Position numbers and translations under genes: made by a program. Shown one piece after another: positions 49,377 through 62,538 of a stretch of DNA of 64,000 nt. Numbering within the stretch: position 1 is the first letter of the stretch; each line of letters starts with the position of its first letter. The DNA comes from Porphyridium purpureum (lineage: Eukaryota): contig VRMN01000002.1 of NCBI GenBank assembly GCA_008690995.1, forward strand, positions 310,001 through 374,000, in the 5' to 3' direction. Below the pieces are notes generated by a model, which worked only from the letters and a program-made list of their open reading frames with translations, was not told the origin of the DNA and made no database searches.

Positions 49377-52299
49377 CAGAAGCAAGAGTGCCACGGCTTG
49401 AGCAGCGATCTCCGGTCCTTCAGCATTCGATACAATCGGGCTGGTGGCATGCACGGGCTCGCGCTGTATGACGAATTGTCATTCTTTGCATACTTTTTCA
49501 AGTCCCTTCAACTCTGAAGCAGAATTTTGCCCTTCCTTCTTGTCCTTCATGCATTGATGCCGACGCACGGCAGTCCTGTGGTGTTCAGCGCAAGCTTGAC
49601 AGTCTCTGTGAGCGACTTTAAAAATTGTATCATCTTCGTCCCGACGCTCAAGGAGTTACGGCAGACACATAATGCGACTAACTTGGTGCCGTGAGATCAG
49701 TATTGACTTGTTGGGCTCAAGCGGACTCGAAAAGCGCCACATTCTGACGTTGATCCGTTCGAAGCGCATGGTCCAGTCGAAGGCTAGGAGTCGCCATTCA
49801 ATAGTCGAGATGACACCGGACCGAGCGAGCTACTTGGAGTGGTTGACCGTCGGGATGTAAACGAAGAAATACGCGTCGTCGCGCAGATGCCCTGAGCCCC
49901 GTTTTTTCTTCGAGTCCAGGCGTTCTACCAGTCGAAAATGCAATCCGCAAGACGAGAATGTTCGCATTCATGGACGTGTGAACAACCGCAACCGATGCGC
50001 CCCGCGTCAGTGCAGAACCTTTGAATATTGGTTTTCGCCATTCTATGACTGGGACCGACCTGAGCAAGTGTAATGAAGAAAATTTGCTTGTGCGACCATT
50101 CGTGTTTCTATGCACCGGCAAAAGGCCTGGATGCCTCGTATGGTCCACCACTCTCGCGTCATGATGATCTTCTTGCGAAGGGCAAGCGTTCCGAGCAACG
50201 GCTAGACGCCACAAGCAACTTTTCGACCGCCACCAACTCGGAATCTCTGCATAAGGGGCCACGCTCTGGGCCAGCAATCTACTCGTCATCTGAAACCCCT
50301 GCGCACATGAGTCAAGCACCGCGCGCATGCGTCCGACGTCGAATCCGCGTCATCGCGCTGTCGCGTGCTTCACGACGCGCTACATCCGCACCGGCTCGGC
50401 AAAGTCTCGCATGGCTCATGTTCGCGGCGTACAGGCAAACCAGAATTGTACATTTCAACGGCAGAGCCATTTTGTGAGGCAGCTACAAGCTACGCTGCCC
50501 TGTCGACAAGTGGACCAGTATTTCCTGAAGCGGAAATTCCGGTAGCCACGCAAGACAGCCACCATTGTTGATACGGATGAGCCGTTTCAAATGGCAAGCG
50601 TAAACCACAGCAAACGGCGGCTTTCGACCCCTTCTGCAGACGAAAATCAGCCGACCAGTCCGAATACTGCGCATTCAAAGCGATCGACGCCCGCCACTCT
50701 CCATCGCAGTGAAAGATGCGTGACGACGCGTTGTGCGCTCAAGCATGCCGAAATCTCTTGCCCCTTCCTTTCGCCCAACGTGACCTCACGAAACATGATC
50801 TGGACGTGCGATGCCAGACTGCTGTAGCCTTTCCCTAGTGAGAGACGACGACGCTCGACGTGCATGCGCTCCAAGACCTGAATCTTATATCCAAGAGAAA
50901 CCTCAATTTCTCCAACAAATTCATTCGCTTGACTTCAAGCCTGGACGGAACAAAACGAGAGCAGCTGTTCACAATTGTGTCGTTATTTGAGATATTCGCT
51001 GCATACAACAAACACTTTATACTCTCTAGTGTAAAGTTACGCGTCCACTCCCTCAATTCTTAGACGCGCTTTCCATTCACGCCGCCTCCGGCCCGGGCTT
51101 CAAGTCACATTATTACACTAACAGCTGCGCGCTTATCCACACAATATTGCCTTCCTTGGGCACACGAGCGCCTACCGCGTGCAGACAATTACACCGGTAT
51201 CGGCTTTTAGAATATTCCGACACCAAAAGTTTCAAGAAAACGGGAGCCAAGTCTGTCATACGACACAGCTCCTAGGCCTTTGACTTGTTGGCTTCCGTGA
51301 AAAACCCACAGCAGAAGTTCAACCTGCAAAAACAAGCTACTTGCCATTCTGCTTTTATACCCCACTCCCTGGCCTCTCAAAATCGAAGCATGTAGTTGAA
51401 ACCGTCACCGCGACACCAAGTTCCAAGCAGGAGTCGCAACAAGAATTGCAACCGTTTCAATTATCCCTTGCCAGCGCCGGAGTAGCACTCGTAACAGGCC
51501 TGTGGTACTGACGGCCTTTTGGGAACACCTGGCCGGCACACTGTAACGGGCAGCGCGGCTTCGCGGAATAGCGCCGCAGAATGGGAGCATCACTGGAGCG
51601 GACACAAGCTGAGCAGCGGCGGGTATAGAAGCGCGAGCCTTTCGACTAGTTTTCGGAGATGGCCTGGACAATTTAAGAAGCAAGGAGCTTTAAAGATATA
51701 CGAGAGTTGCTTTCAGAAATCTGTCCCCGAGAAGCCCAAATTAGGACTCAGCTACCTTCTGGTCAACTCCTCCAACACCAGAAGAGCGAATTTTGCTCTA
51801 CCAAAAAGAAATGAAGCCGCGCCCGCAGCAGCGGACAGGTGCCCGCGCAGGGTCCCTGGCTTCAACTCATGTGATATTGAAATCCATTTTCAGCTTTATA
51901 AAGGTCTACGCTTGGCATAGTTAAATGTAACTACAGGAGTTAAGGGGATCGGCGGCTCGGCCATCCCGGCAGCGGCGCCTGTGCAAGCACCTGCTGTTTC
52001 CTTGTCACGCGGTTCAGCTCTCGGTGGCTATACCGCCGGATTCTTCAACACTAGGAGTGGCAAACTGCAACCTTTCGCTCTCGAAACCCCCATTCCGAAA
52101 ATCGCTAAGGTTTCCAACGCTGCTCGCGCATGCGAAGGGTCAAGCCCCAAACCCTGAGAAAGACTGCCTTGCTACTACATTAGGCCACAGCAAGGTCGTC
52201 ACCTTGAGAGTGCGAAGGCTAGGAATTGCAGTACCCCACACTTTTAAACGAACTCAACACGAAAAACGAAGTCAAACAAGGGTTGGGTCAAATCACTCC

Positions 52300-55200
52300 T
52301 GCTTTTTATAATCCTTGCTTGACCTCGAACTCAACATGTTTAAGTCATTTTCTGACCTCAGGAAATGTGTCAGTGTCTTGTTGCTTTTCGCTTTGGTGAA
52401 AGCGTCTGCCAGATTATCTTCACCCTGATCCAACAGTTTCTGCCTCTGGAATGCTTCTCGGACGACTGCTAGATCCAATGCCAGCCGCTTCTCTGAGGTG
52501 ACTCGGCTTGTGGTCACCGAATCAAAGATGCATTTGCTATCTGTGAATGAGTGCAGCTCCACTTATTGTTTGAGGCTGTGCAATAGAGCCTTGGCATATA
52601 AGCTTGCGCCCAAAGCGTCGCTTAGGGCTGGCACGTTGGCACCTAAAACACTTCCCATAATTCTGCGAGTCTTTTTGATGTCCACATGAAAGACGCGCCA
52701 TTCCCATCTTCTTCGTACAACATTACGCAGCAGCCAACTTGCGAAGGCAAGTCTTCGCTGTTCCCGAAGGCGGCATCCGAGTATTTTCTGAGTGCCACCG
52801 CTGAGCCCAATTTCGGGACCATGAGCTCAGCGTCAGCACTTAGAGGGCTTCGCGCCATCGATATCAAGTGATTAGTCTTGTTATTGTCAACTGTTTGTTC
52901 CGTAATCTGCATCAATTGTCCCGTCATGTACGTTGTTTGTGGGCTGGTAAGGGCACCAAACCACGCCCACGTGCCTATGATTGTTTGCAATTCTACATAG
53001 TTATCCACGATCACATTTTGGTTGAGTAGCGTCTTGAAGAACGCCTGCTGGTCCAGCTACAGAAATCCTTGCACAAGCCGCATTGTTTGTCCCGCGAACT
53101 GCAGAGGAGGACCTTCGTCCACCAAACAGTGTCTCTCTTTCACGTCAAACCTTTTCTCAAAGGTTTCTAAATATCGCTCAATTGATCTCCGCCGCCGGCA
53201 AAAATGTTATCGACATAAATTCCGAGTAATTCATCCTTACCAATCGTGAAGGCGCATGCATCCACTGCTTGTTCTAGGTTTCGGTCTTTCAAATCATTGA
53301 GTACCGTTTTAGACCAGTGCGTGGGGGCATCAACCAATCCGTTCAAAGGTTTCACCAATTTCCAGTATTTCATTTCACCGTTTGGGTTGTACTTAGCAGG
53401 CGACATGACGAATTTAGCTCTGCTCAAGCTGTCGCTTCGTAAAAGCACTTGCTTAACGTCCTATGAGCGCAATTGTAGACGACGGTTTCGAGCCAATGCA
53501 AGTATCGCTTTCAAGGTTTAAAAGTGCAGCGTGGGTGGTTCCGGAATTTGCTCTTCTGTGTTGCGATCTACACGGCCCAGAATGGTAAGTCTTGCTTCCG
53601 GTGGTCCGTCAGGCTTGATTGTGAAGACCCACTCAGTCCGTAGTAGGTTCGCATTTGGTGGCACATTTACCACGTCTTCAAAACCATTTCTTTTGTTTAA
53701 ATCTTGAAATTTAGCTTCGCTTCGTCAAACATCGTGCCAGATTCACCCTCAAGGCAGTATAAGTCTGGCGTAGCCAGGCCGGACGTCCCCTCACGAAATG
53801 GTCTGATAACGGCAATTGATACTGTTATCTGACTGCAGCTTTTGTTTCCTCGTAAAAGAGCTAGATTCTGATCATAATCTTTGCTGACCAGCGTCATAGG
53901 ACCTTCCCAGAGTTTCCTCTTTGAGCGATAAACCTTGACTGAATTACCTGCTTTCATTGCAATGTCCATTGGGTACCTTCCGCTAAGGGCACGGTGCAGT
54001 CTTTCCTTTGCTACAAGACCTTCATACATGTAACGATCCACCCCTTTGTCCACCTGCAGCTTTTTTCTAATCGCCTCTTTAATCTTTTTGTTACAGTCTA
54101 AAGTCTATTCTAATGGGCACTGTACCACTCGGTACAGTGCATCGGCCCCCAAAATAACTGGGCGGTCCGGTTAGCTTTAGGGTCTAGTTGTAGGGTATTT
54201 AAGCTCTGCCGCTTCACGGCGGGGATTGGAGAAGGAGAGAGAGAGAGAGAAGAGGAGAGAGAGTAAAAGACGTTGGTTTTGAACGCTTGGGGTCTGGGAC
54301 ACGAGCGGACGATTGGCGTAACCCCCCAAATCGTGGCATACCCTTTCCTGGTTGCCCGCGCCGCGTGCTTTCTCGTGCGCAAATCCAACGATGCCATCAT
54401 ATCATTGCCTAGAATAATACGTGGTGTTACTCCAAAGACAAGTAGAGTTGGTATAAAGCGACTTGGGTTCATCGTGCCGTTTAAGACTTTAACACACAGG
54501 TCAAGGAGCAGACTTTCCGATAATGTATTGCTATCTGGTTCAGCTGTTAAACGATTATGTACGCGTCTGAGAAGTCCATGCACTTGCTCCCCAGTCCTAA
54601 TTGCCAAAGGGCCTCCACGCTAATGGGCACTACACTTATGCCATGTGATTGGGCTGTTGAGGTGAACCCCATAACTATGAATTCCGAACCTTGGTCTACC
54701 CGAAGCTCACGAGATAACCCGCTCGTCGTACAAAACCACGTCGAGACAAAAGCGTCCCACACTGATTTGTTTGATTTGTCCTTCGAAAAGGTTGCTCGTC
54801 GGTATCCGGTGTCTACACACACAGATTGCAGAACCGGTTTGTTGTTAAGGTAGAAGACATTCATCGGAACCGTATGATGAAACGATATTTTATCTGGACA
54901 GTGTGATCTATCACTTGAGCGCAGGGGCTTACCTGCTTCTTCTTCGCAAACTTTGCATCCCTTGCGAGCTTGGCGCAATTCCTTGGCCAGGGCTCGCTGG
55001 TCTTTGTTGCTCATGGGCTCAGCTCTCTGCAGCATTGTCAGTCGACGAGGCGCTGGCAAATGATCAAGCCTGCGGTGTACTCTCTCTACTTCAGTCTGTG
55101 TATAGAATGGTTCAACTTCACAGCTAGCTTCCAAATGTGCTCCATTCGTCTCAAAAGGTAGCACAGACCCGTACTGAAACCGCACGCTAGAGTTTTCCAA

Positions 55201-56450
55201 ATCTACGTATGCATTCTGTAGAGCATCCAATCTCAATAGATATGATAGTGGCTTCAGCAAAGCTTTTTCGTTCACAACATAGCTGTCGTACCCATAAAAA
55301 TAGAAGCGGTCGTCTCCCATCGGCAAGCGTACTTTAGCTATGTGATCAACGGTCAGAAGGGAAGCGCCAAATCCAAACTTAACCGGCGAGCAAGCTGTGA
55401 ACTTAATGTGCTTATTCTTGCCGACAAAGTCCTTCAAAGCCTTCCCTCCCACATCCGACCTCGGAGCACCAGTGTTGATGCATACGTTGAGCTGTGGCTT
55501 TTGCTCGCTGTGACCTTCACTCGCAGTAGCGAGGAAAACTTCCACCTCATGGACTTCATCGTCCATTTGAACCTCGTCAACAAACCTCACCTCCTCTTAT
55601 TCAGTATCACTTTTTTGTTTGTGCTCCACTTCCTGAGTTACGACCTCTGCCGCTGTAAACATCTCAACAAAACTGATGTCACCTGCTTCGTCCACTTTTC
55701 GGCATTCGCGGAAAAGGTGGTAAAGTGAATTGTACTTGAGGTAACGCAAAGTTTTTCCGTCGCGTCCCTTCCTGTTCATGCGTTTCGAATACTTGATAGT
55801 AGCAAAGAATGTTGCGTTCGCTTTTTCTGCAGCTGGCACGTTCATTATCTCTAAGCGGCAGTGCTGCACGAATAGCTGCAGACTGTTGGTGGGTCGTTCG
55901 GTACGTTGGATGCCCAAGACTATCATATTGCTGCTCCCTGAAGCGTGGTCACAAGCACCTCCTCGCATTGCATTTCCACGGACAGCCGCCTCTGAAGCCT
56001 CTGTGCTTTTGCAATTAGTGGTTTGAAGGCTTCAAGTGTTGTACCACGCATGCTGTCATCAAACCGAAGCATTCTGAACTCACTCATTCTCAACTGTTCA
56101 CCAGCCAAACCATGAAGGTGATTCCTTAAGACCGTAAACACTATCGGTGAGGTGTAGTCCGCTCCTTTCATTGCGGTTGTCCACATACACGGTGCGTATC
56201 CTCTCAGTGTTAAAATTGTGCATTCGATTTGGGCCTCCCTGGGACCTTGCACCACCCTGCAAGCATTCTGGCAGAAGATCAGTCTTTCCTCCGGGTCGTC
56301 GCTGTCCTCGCCCGTAAGCCGTGGCGCCTTGTTCAACATCTTGCTGAGTGCATCTGGTATCTTGCCCGCAGGAGTAGCCTGCGGCCCGCCCTGCAAGCCT
56401 TATGTAGATGCTAAGTTAGTCTGCGCCAGCTGCGCAGACGCTGATCTTTC
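52300..56450 (-). mobile_element. Decayed Ty1/Copia retrotransposon (gag-PR-IN-RT-RH pseudogene)
   Basis: Fragmented ORFs in Copia order: gag-like (56396-55600); protease INTGAPRS; HRRLDH...CKVC and RVDQGSEF integrase; RT KPLNGLVDAP and YVDN; RNase H YSDAAF, TDSKC and NLADAFTK. Many stops and frameshifts; no LTR pair found. Confidence 0.85.
54089..54323 (+). mobile_element. Solo-LTR-like insertion (~235 bp) inside the decayed Copia integrase
   Basis: Begins TGTTAC and ends CGTAAC(C). It has GGGTATTTAAG followed by a GA tract and GAGTAAAAG, the same layout as the Gypsy LTR sense strand. It interrupts coding between ...GYATIW and KIKEAIRKKL. No TSD visible. Confidence 0.55.
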
Positions 56451-57738
56451 TTGACGTCCGACCGAACGCCCTTACATCACGAAATCGCTTCGGACTTGCT
56501 CGCTTTGAGCAAGTGTCTCCAGTAATGCGCCACGAAGACTCAAGTCACCGGACCTGGATATTGTCACCCCACGGGTCTCGAGGGACTGCTTGATTTCCTT
56601 GCGCTGAATGGGTGACAAGTTGTCAACAGTTTCGCCCGTCATCAGCTCTCTGGATTCCTCCTCGAGTTCACGCCCTGCTGTGTACTACACCCGCAGCCAC
56701 TACAACCCCTCTCTTACCTACAGGCACCCGCCCGGATCGAACCCCGACACCAACAGCACACCAACCTCTCCTCGCACTTCGATACCTCCTTTACTTTTCG
56801 TTTAGCTCGGGCCGCACGGCGGCGAGGATTATATACTGCCGCAAAGCCCTGGATCTAACTCAGTGGTGGGTTTGGATGGGGTTTTGGAGGGTGGACTGTA
56901 CTATGGAGTACAGGTGCTACATGTGTACAGTGCATGGGGTGTACAGCATAGCAGCCCCTGCAGCTTTTGCAGGCTACTCTTCATCTCCATCCAATAGTGA
57001 TAGAAATTGTTCATTGCCTGTCCGTTTCCTCTTGCTGCAGCTATCGCTGTCCCAGAGTTCTGCAAGAAAGCCCGTCCAGCCTCAGACGCAGAATGACTCT
57101 CACTTCCTGTAGCCACTGTCGCGCATTCTTGCCCTGGTGCTTCGTGTGTTACCCGTGTTGCTATGCCATGTGTCACCCGCTCATTCACCCGGTCGGACAT
57201 TGCCGTTCAGGCTTTTGATTCATGAATGTTGTAGCCGTTTCTTGTGAGAAGTGCAGATGCGCACTGCGCCCGTGCCTCCAGAAATCAATCCTACTCAGCC
57301 GAAAACTCAATTTCTCCAACAAATTCCTTTGTTTTACTCCACATCTCTATCGAACAAAACTAGAGCAGAAGTTAAACCGAACTACTTGTCATTCTTCTTT
57401 TATACTTGGCTCACCGTTCTCTCGAAACCTGGCCAGGCACGCCGAAATGCACCCCTGAGCTTTAGCAACCCTCATTCTGAAAATCCAACAGAATTCCCAG
57501 AACTGCTTTCGCAAGTGACGTGCCTACGCCCAAAGCTTGACAAAGACTGCCTAGCTGAAGTGCGTCTCAAACGGTTTGCACACTGCAAAATTTGTCCATT
57601 TTCATAGCACATTATGGAATTTTACTATGAAGACGTGTTTTGGAGGGGGAAACAGGATGCTCAAACAAATAGGGCACAAGCGTTTTGGCGCGCCCGGCGG
57701 CGGCCAGTCAACAAGAAGAGGGCGATTTCGGGCGGGAA

Positions 57739-58727
57739 ATGGGGCGCGCGGGTGCGTTGACCGAGGCGGAGAAGCGTGTCATCTGGGGATGGCGCGCGGA
57801 GGGGCTGAAATTGTCCGATATAGCCACGCGCGCGGATCGGTCCAGAAATGCCGTAAAACGCTTTCTGGACCAGCCCGACGCGGCCCCAGGCTACGTCGGC
57901 AATCCGAATGCCCGTACATTCACAGGACCCGCTCAAACGCGCGTTTTGAATAAACTTAGAGCGGCTCCTAGGAGCCCTCTAAAGGCTCTCACAATGCAGG
58001 TCAATACCGGCAGGTCCCAAAGGAAGCCGGTAATCCGTGAGACAGTGAGGCGCAATATGGCCGATGATCTGTTCTTTCGGCGTGCCATCGTCAGGCAGCC
58101 TCTTTCCCGTGAGAATCGGCTGCGTCACGTGGCATTTGCCATGCAAAATCTGAATAAAATTGAAGACCCTAGAAAAGTCATCTTTACGGATGAAAAGAAG
58201 TTCAATTTAGATGGCCCTGATGGGTATTCTGGTCAGTGGGTCCGGACAGGAGAGCTCCCGGATCGAGTCCGCCGTCATACGGGCGGCGGAAGTGTGATGT
58301 TTTGGATGGCAATTTCTTCCGCTGGGAAGATGGCGCTCCTGAAGACCCCAGCAAGGATCACTTCAGAAAAGTATGTGGCTATGCTGGAGTCCTCTCGAGT
58401 GGTGACCATCTTTGGTGAATCCCATCCAGGTGGATGGACATTCAAGCAGGACAAGGCCCCTGCTCATGCGGCGCGGAATACAAAGTCCTTCGCGCGCGAA
58501 GGATGGCATGTAATGGATTGGCCAGCGTACTAACCGGACCTGAATCCGGTGGAGAACGTGTGAAGCATCATGTCGCGCCGAATTTACGCGGGAAACAGGC
58601 AGTATGAGTCTCTCTCAGAGCTGGAGGCTAGAATCATGGAAGTCTGGGCGTCAATCACGAACGCAGAGGTTCGGAGCCTTCTGACGGGGTGGAATGCACG
58701 TCTACACCGCTGCATGAACATGGAGGG
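57739..58727 (+). pseudogene. Tc1/mariner (Tc3-like) transposase pseudogene, interrupted by the Gypsy element
   Basis: N-terminal HTH region MGRAGALTEAEK; FTDEKKFNLDGPDG; FKQDKAPAH; WPAY*PDLNPVENV*. Stops at 58531 and 58561; the frame runs into the LTR at 58728. Confidence 0.9.
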
Positions 58728-59021
58728 TGTTACCAATGCTGTGCCTTTTACTCTCTCTTCTTCTTCCCTCTTCTGTCTCCGAGCAAGACCTGACCGGCTA
58801 GTCCGGGCAGGCGCGTCGCCTTTTTATACCCTTACTTCCGCTAGGGACAGCAAGGCGCCAAGAGAAATGACAATGCAAACCATTGGCATTTCTGCGCGCG
58901 TCTAGAAGTTTGTGGAACGTCTAGAAGCTTCTAGAAACGGTTAAACGGTCTAACGGTTTAACGGCTTACCGGTTTTGGATTAACCGAACCGTTCTAGGTG
59001 ACTGGGGTCGAACGGATAACA
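58728..59021 (-). repeat. Gypsy 3' LTR (294 bp)
   Basis: TGTTA...TAACA termini; sense-strand GGGTATAAAAAG TATA box; adjacent polypurine tract AAGAGGGGGGGAGA. Confidence 0.93.
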
Positions 59022-59140
59022 TCTCCCCCCCTCTTGGCTCGACGTCTCGGCGAGACTCCAAACTAAGTTGCATTCTTGGCTCGAGGAACCCGCGCTCCGG
59101 GAGAAAACCTCTGCCTAGCAAACTTCTCACAATTCCCAAG

Positions 59141-62100
59141 TCATTCAGAGTCAGACTCTTCGATAATTTTCAACAAGTCTGGCTCAGAATCGGACGCTGG
59201 CAGGTCGTCGGGTACTTCTTCTTCATTTTTCCCTGCCATGTAGTCTTCGCGTCCATAGTATGGCTTCAGATGTTGGATCGGAAAAACATCATGACAAGCC
59301 ACACCCTCAGGCAAATCACTCGGTAAGCATGCGAGCTCACCTTCTCAATGACAGGCACCGGACCAAGAAACTTTGGTGCCGCCAAATCACTCTTGTTCGG
59401 CCGCAGTTGCGGCGCCGTGATCAACACTTGATCACCAACTTGAAACTCCCGGGCATCCTTGCGTCGATCGAAGAACTTCTGCATTCTCCCCTGGGCTTCG
59501 ATCAAATTGTCGCGGACTTCTTCATGGACTTTGCACAGGCGAAACCAGTGCTCCACCATGTCCTTCGTCTGTCCGTCGCGCGCAGGCCTCCACCCTTCGC
59601 TCGGTGGAAACCAAGGATTCCTTCCATACACCACTTTGAACGGCGCGAATCCAGTGGCACTGCTTGGTGCAGAGTTGTACGCAAACTCGTACAACGGCAA
59701 GTCTCGCACCCAGCCACTATTCGTCGCCATCAACTTGAGCATTTCCCGAATCACGCGGTTCACTCGCTCAGTTTGGCCATCTGTCTGCGGGTGGTTGGCA
59801 GTAGACATTGCCAACTTCATACCCACCCGCTTGCTCAACTGCTGCCAAAACGTTGACGTAAACAGCGGATCTCGGTCCGACACAATTGACTTGGGGTATC
59901 CGAAACGGCTCACGACGTGCTTCACGAACAAGTCAGCACAACGCTTTGCTGTCAAGTCCTTGCGCGTCGGGATAAACAGCGCCATCTTCGAATAGCGATC
60001 CACCACAGTCATGATTGCATCACAGCTGCCTTCGCTCCGAGGCAGCTCTGTCACAAAGTCCATCGAGATGTCGACCCAAGGTCCTTCTGGGATCGACAAG
60101 GGCTTCAGCTTTCCAAACGACCGATTCGCTGACTTTGTCACTTGGCACGCGTGACAAGTCTTCACAAAACGGCTCACGTCTCGCTTCATCTTTGGCCAGT
60201 AGAAGCGAGTGATCAAAGATGCATACGTCGTGTCCGCTCCACGGTGCCCCGCTGTCGGGATATCGTGGTGGAGTTGCATGACACGCTCTCTGAACTTCCT
60301 CGGCACGCAAACACGATTCCTCAAGTACAAGAGCCCAGCTTCGGTTCGAAAACCTTGGTGGGTCGGTAAGTCTTCCATCAAAGTACCAAAGTCTGGGTCA
60401 CTCGAGTACGAACCCACGAATGCCTGGAAACCCGCACCAAATTCCTCACATCGAACCTGGTACTCTAGCGCGTGCAGCTCTGGCTTCCTCGACAAAGCAT
60501 CGGCTACCACGTTCGACTTTCCCTTCACATAGTCGATTGTGATATCAAACTCGGCTAAAAAGTCCAGCCACCGTGCCTGCCGGCCACTCAGCTCCTTCTG
60601 CGTCATCAGATGTTTCAACGCCTCATGATCCGTATGAAGCACAAACTTTGCCCCGTACAGATAAGGTCGAAACTCTCGCAGACAGTGAATGACGGCCATG
60701 AGCTCACCTTCATAGCTGCTGTACCTGGTCTCTCGATCCAGCAGCTTCCTCGACGTAAACGCGACCGGTCTGCCTTCCTGTGCCAGCCATCCCCCCACCG
60801 CGACTTCGGAGCGGTCCGTGTACACCTCGAATGGCTTTTCAGGGTCTGGCAAGGCCAACACCGGCGCTTCCGTCAACATCCCCACAATCTTCTCGAAGGC
60901 CGACTTGCCTTCATCTCCCAGTTCGATCAGCTGCTTCTTCGACTTTGCGTTCTGCAACAGCGAAGTCAGCGGCGCCACGACGGTAGAGTATCCTTTGACA
61001 AACCTGCGAAACCAGTTTGTCATTCCCAAAAAGGACCTCAACTCTGTCACCGTCTTTGGCACCGGCCAATCTCTCAAAGCTTCCACCTTCCGTGGATCCA
61101 TCTTCACGCAACCGTTGCCGACAATGTTCCCCAGGTATTCGACTTCAGAAACGAAAAAGCTGCACTTCTTGCGCTTCAAACGATACCCTGCCTTTTGCAA
61201 GCGCGACAACACTTCCTTCAGGACCTCGCCGTGCGACTGCCTATCCTTGGTAAAGACCAAAATATCGTCCAAGTAGACAATGACGGTCTTGTCCAGCAGA
61301 TCTGCAAACAGCTCGTTCATGGCCCTCTGAAAAGTTGCCGGCGCGTTGCAAAGACCAAACGGCATCACACGGAACTCGAACTGTCCGTACCTGGTCTGGA
61401 ACGCGGTCTTCGGCACGTCCTCTCTCCGAACACGCAACTGGTGGTACCCCGATGCCAAATCCAACTTTGAGAAACAGTGAGCGGCTCCCAGTCGATCCAG
61501 CAACTCATCCATGTTCGGCAACGGATACCGGTCCTTCACGGTTGCGTCGTTCAACGCCCGATAATCCACGCACATCCTCATGCTGCCGTCTTTCTTCTTC
61601 ACGAACAGCACGGGTGCTCCAAAGGGGCTCTGACTCGGCTGGACGAATCCCTTGTCCAGCAAGTCATCCAAAGTCTCTCGGAGGACTTTCAACTCCGCAG
61701 GGCTCAGTCGGTAGACCCTGCCCACTCTCACAGGCTTCTCATCTTTCAGCCTAATCACATGCTCCACTGTTTGGCTCTCAGGCAGCCCTCGCGGCTCCTC
61801 GAACAGACTTTCGAAATCTTTGAGCATCTTTCTCACAGAGTCAGCTTCTTTGCGCTCCACTGAACAGGGCTCCTCCCTTCCTTTCAGCACGCCGAGGTAG
61901 CACTCTTCTACCTCCTGACTCTTCAACAGCCGACGGAGCTCTTTCCGTGGCACCAGCATCTGCGTCATGCCCCAGGCCTTCTTCTCTCCGTAGGCCAACA
62001 TGCCAGACTGCCAATCAATCACTGGGTTCTCCCGCTTCAGCCACTCCATGCCCAGAATTGCGTCTTGTCCCGCAATCCGGCAAATGGCAAAGTTAGCGGC

Positions 62101-62538
62101 CCCTGAGTACCCATCGCTCAGTTCAAACTTGACATTGGAAACTTCTCCGGCTGTTTCCAATACTGACCCGTCCGCCAGGGTCACTCTATCTCTCTTCCAC
62201 GACGCCTTCTGCTTCAGGCCGTCGGATTTCTGCACAAAGTCCACGCTCATGAAGTTGTCCGTCGCGCCACTGTCAATCAAAAACGTGGCCTCTCCGTCGG
62301 ACTTGTGCACTTTTCCTCGAACTCGAAGAAGCATGGCAGCTCCCATCCCTCCAAGTTCCTTGATCACGGGCTGATTTGCGCTCGAGTTTCGCCCACAAGG
62401 TGTCGGACAGCCAGACCTTGGCTTACCAAGGCCACCACAGCGGTCTTCATTGCCGCCCCTAGAGGTCTCGTAACGTGTGCGAGCCTCCTTTCCCTCTGAC
62501 TGTCCGAGGAACCTCTCTACTCGAGCTCCTCGTTTTTT
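59141..62538 (-). CDS. Gypsy Pol (PR-RT-RH-IN), entered by a -1 frameshift; a 1-nt lesion near 59318 truncates the integrase tail
   Basis: Motifs LIDSGAT, CVDYRALN, MPFGLCNAP, YLDD, YTD, NVVADALSR, HHCC, SMDF, SDRD and DGQTER. Confidence 0.9.

Noticed and set aside
49400..52300. Possible gene or transposon relic
   Set aside because: Only short, stop-riddled ORFs with no motif I can identify.
56725..56755. tRNA gene or PBS near GGTTCGATCC (minus strand)
   Set aside because: B-box-like word only; I could not build a cloverleaf, and no adjacent LTR end could be defined.
58531..58563. Stop-codon reassignment or readthrough in the Tc1 transposase
   Set aside because: Two different stops (TAA for Ser, TGA for Trp), each one substitution from the expected codon. 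Host genes use TAA, TAG and TGA normally, and eRF1 has canonical motifs.
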